NCBI RefSeq assembly: GCF_000146505.1
Contig: NC_017448.1
Coordinates: forward strand, 600,001 to 632,000
Source: Fibrobacter succinogenes subsp. succinogenes S85
GTDB lineage: Bacteria; Fibrobacterota; Fibrobacteria; Fibrobacterales; Fibrobacteraceae
Reading direction: 5' to 3'
Length of the DNA: 32,000 nt
The position numbers and the translations under genes were made by a program. Numbering within the stretch: the stretch's first letter is position 1; each line of letters begins with the position of its first letter. The notes below the pieces were generated by a model. It had not been told where the DNA came from. It made no database searches and worked only from the letters and a program-made list of their open reading frames with translations. Positions 9,301-16,092 of this stretch are shown here, piece by piece.

Positions 9301-10881
9301 TATGAACCAGAAGCAGTGTCCAAAAATCTTATTTCGTGCAATGGCGCTATTACAGACCGATTGAAGAAAGATTGGGGCATGAATGATGTTTGGAACAGCA
9401 TTATTTTGCCAAGATTTATTCGAATGAACCAAATCACGGGAAAAGATTGTTTCACAACGACTAACGCAGAAGGTCATCTTATTCCACAGATGCCTTTAGA
9501 GCTTCAAAAGGGATTTAATAAGAAAAGAATTGACCATCGTCACCACGCAATGGACGCAATCGTCATCGCTTGTACAACACGAGACCATGTAAATCTACTG
9601 AATAACGAAGCCGCACATTCAAAATTCAATGCAACTAGGTATCAGTTACAACGCAAACTTCGGCGTTTTGAAAAGGCTGTAATTGACGGTAAGGAACGCG
9701 AAGTTGCAAAAGAATTCCTAAAGCCATGGGATTCATTCTCTTCAGATTCCAAGAATATTCTTGAAAATATTATCGTAAGTTTCAAGCAAAATCAGCGCGT
9801 GATAAACAAAACGACAAATGCGTTCCTGCATTTTGACGAAAACGGAAAGAAGACTTTTATAAAGCAAGGAAAGGGCGATAGCTGGGCAATTCGCAAATCC
9901 ATGCACAAAGACACTGTTTTTGGGGAAATCAATCTGCGCAAAGTAAGAAGTGTTTCCTTAAATGAAGCAATAAAAGTTCCAGAAAGAGTTCTCAACAAGA
10001 AAATCAAAGAAAAAATCCTCGAATTAAAAAACAACAAGATTGACGCAAAGAACATCAAAAAATACATCGAAGAAAATCATACAGGCGGTTATGGAATAGA
10101 TTCTTCAAAAATCGATGTATTCTATTTTACTAAAGAAACAAAGGAACGATTCTTCGCCACAAGAAAAACTCTTGACACATCTTTTAACCAAGCAAAAATC
10201 AAAGATAGTATCGCTGATTCTGGAATACAAAAGATTTTATTGGCTCATCTAAAAAGCAAGAACGGAGATGCAGAACAAGCTTTTTCTCCAGACGGCATTG
10301 ATGAAATGAACAAAAACATCGTTGAACTAAACAATGGTAAATTCCATCAACCAATTCTAAAGGTGCGCGTTTACGAAAAGGCGGATAAATTTGCTGTTGG
10401 ACAAAAAGGCAATAAGAAAGTCAAATTTGTCGAAGCCGCCAAGGGAACGAACTTGTTCTTCGCCATTTTCGAAAAAGACGGAAAACGCTCGTATTTGACT
10501 ATTCCTCTAAACGTAATGATTGATTGCCAAAAACAGTATGGTAATCAGTGGAAAAATAATATTGAAGCTTATTTAAAAGAAAAGGAACTTGTCGAGAAGG
10601 ACGTTAAGCTCCAGTTTATTCTTTCACCAAATGATTTGGTATATCTGCCAACAGAAGGGTCTATTGACAAAAAGCGTATATATAAAGTTGTTTCCTTTAC
10701 AAATAATAGACTGTATGCCATTCCATATGCCATAGCCAAAAGTATTGTAGACAAGAACGAATTCACTCAATTAAATAAAATTGAATTTACCGACAACAAA
10801 GAGTCAATTAAAGATGCATGCGTTCCTGTAATAATAGACAGACTTGGCAACGTAATCGAATTTAACGGAAAACGATTATGA
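6343..10881 (+). CDS. cas9: Cas9 (type II-C-style, large 1512-aa form)
   Basis: RuvC-I GLDLGTNSIGWAV, an Arg-rich bridge helix RTRMRMARRLHERALLRRERLLRVL, RuvC-II IHLELGRDL, HNH YEIEHVIPQS...FSNKVI...NKLKDRQ, and RuvC-III HRHHAMDAIVIA. It is followed directly by cas1 and cas2, with no csn2 or cas4. Confidence 0.97.
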   Translation: MKKILGLDLGTNSIGWAVVNADEITRDDGSRYLKPNGISAAGSRIIPMSADILGDFEKGNSISQTAERTRMRMARRLHERALLRRERLLRVLNLLDFLPKHFADKIDRYGKFTDDSEPKLAWRKNTEGKYEFIFQDAFNEMLAEFKDKQPEIVEEGKKIPYDWTIYYLRKKALEKALSKEELSWILLQFNQKRGYYQLRGEEEEIPQDKKIEYLAQKVVKVEATDQKKGDDVWYNVYLENGMIYRRTSKAPLDWEGKVKEFIVTTEVENDGETPKKDKEGNIKRSFRAPKEDDWTLLKKKTEADIENSHKTVGCYIYDSLLNNPKQKIIGKLVRTVERKFYKEELTQILKKQVELIPELRDDNLYKQCIEELYPINEAHRNTIAKTDFANLFINDILFYQRPLKSKKSQIDNCPYEERIFIDSKTGEKKKVPVKCIAKSNPLFQEFRLWQFIQNLRIYQREKEIDGKLLTDIDITSECLKSEEDYVRLFDWLNDRETIEQEDLLKHLFNTKKSKNKENPYRWNYVEDKVYPCNETRATILKGFSKCGINASVLSPELEMALWHILYSVEDKKEIETALTHFAQKQGWNDDFAKVFSKAKPFKKDYGSYSEKAIKKLLSLMRMGKYWNQDNIDKNTLDRIDKIINGEYDEKISNRVRDNAINLKDISDFRGLPVWLACYIVYDRHSEAKDCTKWNSPEEIDSYLKKFKQHSLRNPIVEQVVTETLRTVRDIWIQEEQIDEIHLELGRDLKNPADKRKKMSENILKNENTNLRIKAMLMEFMNPSMGIENVRPYSPSQQDILRIYEENALDNLTKDDKDFDFISKISKQAQPSKTDIIRYKCWLEQKYRSPYTGKTISLSKLFTPAYEIEHVIPQSLYFDDSFSNKVICEAEVNKLKDRQLGYKFIAEHHGEKVQLSQGEVVEILSVDAYEKFVKENYANNRIKMKKLLMESIPDEFIERQLNDSRYISKVVKGLLSNIVREKIDDENYEPEAVSKNLISCNGAITDRLKKDWGMNDVWNSIILPRFIRMNQITGKDCFTTTNAEGHLIPQMPLELQKGFNKKRIDHRHHAMDAIVIACTTRDHVNLLNNEAAHSKFNATRYQLQRKLRRFEKAVIDGKEREVAKEFLKPWDSFSSDSKNILENIIVSFKQNQRVINKTTNAFLHFDENGKKTFIKQGKGDSWAIRKSMHKDTVFGEINLRKVRSVSLNEAIKVPERVLNKKIKEKILELKNNKIDAKNIKKYIEENHTGGYGIDSSKIDVFYFTKETKERFFATRKTLDTSFNQAKIKDSIADSGIQKILLAHLKSKNGDAEQAFSPDGIDEMNKNIVELNNGKFHQPILKVRVYEKADKFAVGQKGNKKVKFVEAAKGTNLFFAIFEKDGKRSYLTIPLNVMIDCQKQYGNQWKNNIEAYLKEKELVEKDVKLQFILSPNDLVYLPTEGSIDKKRIYKVVSFTNNRLYAIPYAIAKSIVDKNEFTQLNKIEFTDNKESIKDACVPVIIDRLGNVIEFNGKRL

Positions 10882-11774
10882 TTAAGCGTACTCTGTATTT
10901 TGGGAACCAGGCTTATTTAAGTCTCAAGGACAACCAGCTTGTCATTAAGAAACGCAATGATGAAATCGTCACCGCAGCTATTGAAGACATTGCTTACATT
11001 GTTCTTGATTCGCCTCAAATTACAGTGACAAACGCTTTACTCGGGGCTTTGCTAGAGAACAACTGCGCGATAATAAACTGCGATAAGACGCATCTACCCT
11101 CAGGCTTACTCCTTCCCCTTTCAGGGAATACCCTGCAAAGCGAAAGATTCCAGGCTCAGATAGATGCATCGCTTCCATTAAAAAAGCAACTATGGCAACA
11201 AACGGTCCAGCAAAAAATTTTAAATCAGGCTGCCGTTTTGCATGGTTCTCATGACGCTGAAATTGGAAATATGACGGCATGGGCAAATTCCGTGCGAAGT
11301 GGAGATGTTGATAACAGAGAAGCTGTTGCCGCAGCTTACTATTGGAAAGAAATGTTCCCCGATATTCCTGATTTTGTTCGTGACCGAAATGGAGTACCGC
11401 CAAATAATATGCTCAATTATGGCTATGCCATTTTACGCGGTGTGGTTGCAAGGGCTTTGGTTTCGAGCGGACTTTTACCGACTTTGGGAATACACCACCA
11501 TAATCGTTACAACGCCTATTGTTTAGCAGATGACATAATGGAGCCGTACCGCCCAATCGTAGACAAACTAATTTTAGAAGTTATTAACGAAATAGAAGAA
11601 TATCCTACTGATCTTTCTACTGAAATAAAGGCTAAACTTTTAAGAATCCCTGTACTTGATTGTGTTATTGATGGGAATCGAAGCCCGTTGATGAATGCCG
11701 TTTCAACAACTACAGCTTCGCTTGCCAAGTGTTATTTAGGAACAACAAGGAAATTGCTCTATCCGGAGGTGTAG
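10878..11774 (+). CDS. cas1: Cas1 integrase
   Basis: 298 aa. ATGA overlap with the cas9 stop. Motifs include NYGYAILRG and GIHHHNRYNAYCLADDIMEPYRP. Confidence 0.95.
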   Translation: MIKRTLYFGNQAYLSLKDNQLVIKKRNDEIVTAAIEDIAYIVLDSPQITVTNALLGALLENNCAIINCDKTHLPSGLLLPLSGNTLQSERFQAQIDASLPLKKQLWQQTVQQKILNQAAVLHGSHDAEIGNMTAWANSVRSGDVDNREAVAAAYYWKEMFPDIPDFVRDRNGVPPNNMLNYGYAILRGVVARALVSSGLLPTLGIHHHNRYNAYCLADDIMEPYRPIVDKLILEVINEIEEYPTDLSTEIKAKLLRIPVLDCVIDGNRSPLMNAVSTTTASLAKCYLGTTRKLLYPEV

Positions 11775-11775
11775 G

Positions 11776-12111
11776 ATGGACCGATTTAGCGAGTACAGAA
11801 TTATGTGGATTTTGTGTTTCTTTGATTTGCCGACAGAAACGAAAATTGAGCGGCAACGGCACAGCGAATTTCGCAAAAATCTGTTAAAAGATGGATTTTC
11901 AAGATTCCAATTATCCATATATGTTCGGCATTGCGCTTCTGTGGAAAATGCAGAAGTTCATATTGCTCGAGTAAAGAGTTTTATGCCGCCAGATGGTTCA
12001 GTAAGCATTCTCTGTATCACGGACAAGCAGTTCGGGAAAATCCAGGTTTTCTACGGTCGAAAGGAAAAACCGAAGCCAAAATCAACGGGGCAATTAGAGC
12101 TTTTCCTATAA
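11776..12111 (+). CDS. cas2: Cas2
   Basis: 111 aa. It starts 1 nt after the cas1 stop. The sequence MDRFSEYRIMWILCFFDLPTETK...FSRFQLSIYVRHC is typical of type II Cas2. Confidence 0.9.
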   Translation: MDRFSEYRIMWILCFFDLPTETKIERQRHSEFRKNLLKDGFSRFQLSIYVRHCASVENAEVHIARVKSFMPPDGSVSILCITDKQFGKIQVFYGRKEKPKPKSTGQLELFL

Positions 12112-12129
12112 AAAACGTTCAAAAACAAG

Positions 12130-12159
12130 AAAAAATCGACCCCAAAAGGTCGATTTTTT
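12130..12159. terminator. Bidirectional intrinsic terminator between cas2 and the array
   Basis: AAAAAATCGACC - CCAAAA - GGTCGATTTTTT is a perfect 12-bp stem whose A and T tracts give a U tail on either strand. Confidence 0.65.
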
Positions 12160-12213
12160 CTTTTCGCAATGATACATCTAACTCGTTCATAGCTGTATAG
12201 TTACAACGAATCA

Positions 12214-14746
12214 GTTGTTATTGCACTAGTAAAACTAGAAAATCTGAAAGCAATTCACAACGCATATCTGAATAAACTAAACAACAAAAAGTTGTTATTG
12301 CACTAGTAAAACTAGAAAATCTGAAAGCAATTCACAACTATTTTCAGTGTAGGTCATGATTTACCCCAGTTGTTATTGCACTAGTAAAACTAGAAAATCT
12401 GAAAGCAATTCACAACTGTAGTTAATACCATTATCGCTAAAATCAAGTTGTTATTGCACTAGTAAAACTAGAAAATCTGAAAGCAATTCACAACAATAAT
12501 ACTTTGCAATTGTCAATAGAAAAGTTGTTATTGCACTAGTAAAACTAGAAAATCTGAAAGCAATTCACAACAGCATTTGGAATTTCTTTGAGTTGTGTTT
12601 CGTTGTTATTGCACTAGTAAAACTAGAAAATCTGAAAGCAATTCACAACTAATTTGATTCGCAATTGCACCGCTAGACGGTTGTTATTGCACTAGTAAAA
12701 CTAGAAAATCTGAAAGCAATTCACAACTAGATATTTTTGACAATTTGGATTGTATCTGTTGTTATTGCACTAGTAAAACTAGAAAATCTGAAAGCAATTC
12801 ACAACTTTCTTTTGTGTAGTTCATGGTTTTATCCTGTTGTTATTGCACTAGTAAAACTAGAAAATCTGAAAGCAATTCACAACAGGTCTGCTGGTCTTCC
12901 GGGAAGAGCATCTGTTGTTATTGCACTAGTAAAACTAGAAAATCTGAAAGCAATTCACAACGGAACGCGCACCGTTTGACGCAAAGAAAGGTTGTTATTG
13001 CACTAGTAAAACTAGAAAATCTGAAAGCAATTCACAACGATGCTCGGCATCTTGCCGAAAGGCCGAAGGTTGTTATTGCACTAGTAAAACTAGAAAATCT
13101 GAAAGCAATTCACAACAAAGTTTCTCCCAATAAACGCTACAAAGAGTTGTTATTGCACTAGTAAAACTAGAAAATCTGAAAGCAATTCACAACGCTGGCC
13201 CTCTTGGTGCTATGGCCGCAGGCGTTGTTATTGCACTAGTAAAACTAGAAAATCTGAAAGCAATTCACAACGCAAGTATGGTAATATGTATGACCACGGC
13301 GGTTGTTATTGCACTAGTAAAACTAGAAAATCTGAAAGCAATTCACAACAGTATTCGGACTATATCGGGCGGGCTCGTTGTTGTTATTGCACTAGTAAAA
13401 CTAGAAAATCTGAAAGCAATTCACAACTACAAAGATAGGATGTTGCATATTTATTAAGTTGTTATTGCACTAGTAAAACTAGAAAATCTGAAAGCAATTC
13501 ACAACTTAATTTCGTCCACACCGTCAAACCTAAACGTTGTTATTGCACTAGTAAAACTAGAAAATCTGAAAGCAATTCACAACAGAAGAGCGAGTTCACG
13601 CCGTTGTGGGTTGTTGTTATTGCACTAGTAAAACTAGAAAATCTGAAAGCAATTCACAACGCTACTGTGCAGTCATTACAAGACCGCGTTGTTGTTATTG
13701 CACTAGTAAAACTAGAAAATCTGAAAGCAATTCACAACTGGTGTGAGTCTTGGTTCTCGCTTCGCTCGTTGTTATTGCACTAGTAAAACTAGAAAATCTG
13801 AAAGCAATTCACAACGCTACTGTGCAGTCATTACAAGACCGCGTTGTTGTTATTGCACTAGTAAAACTAGAAAATCTGAAAGCAATTCACAACTGGTGTG
13901 AGTCTTGGTTCTCGCTTCGCTCGTTGTTATTGCACTAGTAAAACTAGAAAATCTGAAAGCAATTCACAACGATTAACGTTACAATCCTCCACCTTTCCTT
14001 GTTGTTATTGCACTAGTAAAACTAGAAAATCTGAAAGCAATTCACAACGGGTTGAGTGGTCCAGCTTGTTATCTACTGTTGTTATTGCACTAGTAAAACT
14101 AGAAAATCTGAAAGCAATTCACAACGGGTGGAGGCTTTAATGTCCTTAGATGTTCGTTGTTATTGCACTAGTAAAACTAGAAAATCTGAAAGCAATTCAC
14201 AACGGAAGGCGATACGGATAAGTTGAACGAAAGTTGTTATTGCACTAGTAAAACTAGAAAATCTGAAAGCAATTCACAACAGTATCATGGCAATATTCTT
14301 TCGGGGCATTGTTGTTATTGCACTAGTAAAACTAGAAAATCTGAAAGCAATTCACAACGCTCAGCAGCACGAAATTACTAATAGTCCTGTTGTTATTGCA
14401 CTAGTAAAACTAGAAAATCTGAAAGCAATTCACAACTATCGACTTGCGACAACGAAGCTCTTGATGTTGTTATTGCACTAGTAAAACTAGAAAATCTGAA
14501 AGCAATTCACAACAATCTGTAAGCACTATTGGAAATATGGTCTGTTGTTATTGCACTAGTAAAACTAGAAAATCTGAAAGCAATTCACAACTGCTTGACG
14601 AAGTTGGCAATGAATGGTACAGTTGTTATTGCACTAGTAAAACTAGAAAATCTGAAAGCAATTCACAACTAAAATCCCGACGTATGTATTCATCGACGGT
14701 TGTTATTGCACTAGTAAAACTAGAAAATCTAAAAGAAGTTGCGCCC
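12214..14746 (-). CRISPR. CRISPR array: 33 repeats of 48 nt and 32 spacers of 29-30 nt (30 unique); the functional orientation is inferred to be the minus strand
   Basis: The repeat on the + strand is GTTGTTATTGCACTAGTAAAACTAGAAAATCTGAAAGCAATTCACAAC, with a period of 77-78 nt. Repeats 1-32 are identical. Repeat 33 (14699-14746) differs at 8 of its last 16 positions. The strand is assigned from the tracrRNA anti-repeat, which pairs with the minus-strand 5' end of the repeat. Confidence 0.97.
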
Positions 14747-14794
14747 CAAACAGCGAGGAAGGGGGCTATGTCAACTGCAATATAGATTATTTAA

Positions 14795-15020
14795 AGAGAA
14801 AAGGAGATGCCCCGTCAAGCGGGGCATGACATCAGGGCGAGTGGCTAAGCTAAGCCGGGGCGTTGCGGGGCGGCGTCTGAGCGCCCGCATAGAGAGGGTG
14901 ATGGAAGACTCGGCAACCCGCTTTTTGACGAAAGGGGTGTACGCTCAAAGGCGTACATGACAATCCGAAGTGACTAGGTTGCCGAGGCTGCAATCAGGGG
15001 GATTCCTCCCCCATCCTTCA
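14795..15020 (-). ncRNA. Unidentified GC-rich structured RNA candidate
   Basis: This is a GC-rich island between AT-rich flanks with no credible ORF. Perfect or near-perfect helices are 14807-14814/14820-14827, 14864-14872/14882-14889 (one bulge), 14909-14918/14977-14986 (10 bp, long range), 14938-14944/14951-14957 and 14997-15002/15007-15012. The strand is chosen because the 14807-14827 hairpin is followed by CTCCTTTTCTCTTT only on the minus strand. The ends are approximate. Confidence 0.45.
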
Positions 15021-15026
15021 TAAGCT

Positions 15027-15068
15027 ATCAAAATTTTCAATAACACATTTTGACATTCCTTTTTATAC
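15027..15068. repeat. Copy A of a 42-nt duplicated intergenic element (ATCAAAATTTTCAATAACAC.TTTTGA...)
   Basis: The first 20 nt are identical to copy B at 30285-30326 and the remainder is similar. It contains the inverted arms ATCAAAA / TTTTGA(C/T). Copy A also carries TTGACA (15050-15055) and TAAAAT (15071-15076). Confidence 0.6.
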
Positions 15069-15089
15069 CTTAAAATGCATCGGACGAAA

Positions 15090-15128
15090 CTACTAATAAA
15101 GTAATTCTATTAGTAGCGATATTTTTTT
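15090..15128 (+). terminator. AT-rich hairpin plus T-run just upstream of the sulfite reductase promoter
   Basis: CTACTAATA (15090-15098) and TATTAGTAG (15108-15116) are perfect complements, followed by CGATATTTTTTT. It may insulate promoter P1 from upstream transcription. Confidence 0.3.
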
Positions 15129-15164
15129 AGTATTGGACAAAGGGTTTTGCATTCTCTATATTTG
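15128..15164 (+). promoter_or_regulatory. Promoter P1 (sulfur-operon signature) for the sulfite reductase-aprAB-cysDN unit
   Basis: TAGTATTGGACAAAGGGTTTTGCATTCTCTATATTTG: TGGACA - 17 nt - TATATT. It aligns without gaps to P2, P3 and P4. Confidence 0.6.
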
Positions 15165-15188
15165 TCTCTCAAAAATGGGAGACATTCT

Positions 15189-16049
15189 ATGGCAGTTGAT
15201 TATTCTACTCTTAAAAAGGGCGGCTGGATGCGCCAGAAGCAGAAGAACAATTTCTCGTTGCGCGTTCGCGTTGTTGGTGGGAACCTCACAGCAACACAGC
15301 TTGCCAAAATCGCCGAAGTCGCTGAAAAATATGGCGAAGGTTACGCTCACCTAACTTCGAGACAGAGCGTCGAGATTCCGTTTATCAAGCTTGAAAATAT
15401 TGACGATGTGAAAAACGCACTTGCCGAGGGTGGTGTTGAACCAGGCGTTTGCGGGGCTCGCGTGCGTACCATTACGGCATGCCAGGGTGAAGCCGTTTGC
15501 CCGAGCGGTTGCATTGATACTTATGCAATCGCGAAAGAACTTGACGATCGTTACTTTGCACGAGAACTTCCGCACAAGTTCAAATTCGGTGTGACGGGTT
15601 GCCAAAACAACTGTCTCAAGGCCGAAGAAAACGACGTGGGCATCAAGGGCGCCATCAAGGTGGATTGGCTCGAAGACAAGTGCATCGGTTGCGGGCTTTG
15701 CGCAAAGGTTTGCCGCAAAGAGGCCATCAAGATCGAAAACAAGAAGGTCATTTTCGACAAGGAAAAATGCAATTACTGCGGCCGTTGCTACAAGTCCTGC
15801 CCCACTGACGCCTGGAGCCACATTCACGGCTACATCGTATCGTTTGGCGGGCTTTTCGGCAACAACATCAACAAGGGCGAAACGATTATTCCGTTTGTAG
15901 AAGACAAGCAGAAGCTCTTGGACATTTGCGATGCTGCGATTCAATTCTTTGCAGACAACGGAAAGAGCGGTGAACGTTTCAAGTACACGATCGACCGCGT
16001 CGGCCGCGATGTATTCGCAAAGAAAATCCAGGACGTATACAACGGATAA
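15189..16049 (+). CDS. Small assimilatory-type sulfite reductase (nitrite/sulfite reductase siroheme-4Fe4S fold with inserted 2x[4Fe-4S] ferredoxin domain)
   Basis: The start is moved to ATG 15189 (GGGAGA upstream) because the ORF-track TTG start at 15147 lies inside the promoter. Motifs: SRQSVEIPFI, TACQG...CPSG, GVTGCQNNC, and two CxxCxxCxxxCP-type clusters (CIGCGLCAKVC and CNYCGRCYKSCP). Confidence 0.75.
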   Translation: MAVDYSTLKKGGWMRQKQKNNFSLRVRVVGGNLTATQLAKIAEVAEKYGEGYAHLTSRQSVEIPFIKLENIDDVKNALAEGGVEPGVCGARVRTITACQGEAVCPSGCIDTYAIAKELDDRYFARELPHKFKFGVTGCQNNCLKAEENDVGIKGAIKVDWLEDKCIGCGLCAKVCRKEAIKIENKKVIFDKEKCNYCGRCYKSCPTDAWSHIHGYIVSFGGLFGNNINKGETIIPFVEDKQKLLDICDAAIQFFADNGKSGERFKYTIDRVGRDVFAKKIQDVYNG

Positions 16050-16092
16050 ACGCTTGCATAAAAAGGCCTGCATTCCAACATACTATCAACAA

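Noticed and set aside
6343-12111. Type II-A or II-B classification
   Set aside because: There is no csn2 or cas4 ORF between cas2 and the array or elsewhere in the window. The locus is cas9-cas1-cas2 only.
12201-12213. TTACAAC just before repeat 1 as a relic partial repeat
   Set aside because: Only 7 nt resemble the repeat end (TTCACAAC), which is too short to distinguish from chance.
12737-14785. Many 60-112-aa ORFs with the recurring peptide VVIALVKLENLKAIHN
   Set aside because: They are translations of the CRISPR repeat read through successive spacers, not genes.
14739-14960. 73-aa ORF (MRPKQRGRGLCQLQ...) in the GC-rich segment
   Set aside because: It is an Arg/Gly-rich low-complexity translation that starts inside the decayed terminal repeat and has no SD. 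The region is better explained by stacked RNA helices.
14795-15020. Interpreting the structured segment as a riboswitch or leader of the sulfite reductase operon
   Set aside because: Promoter P1 lies downstream of it, with the -10 only about 25 nt before the ATG, so it would not be in that mRNA. I found no SAM-I, SAM-II, TPP, B12, ZTP or ykkC consensus blocks. The only terminator-like 3' end is on the minus strand. It is kept as an unidentified ncRNA candidate.
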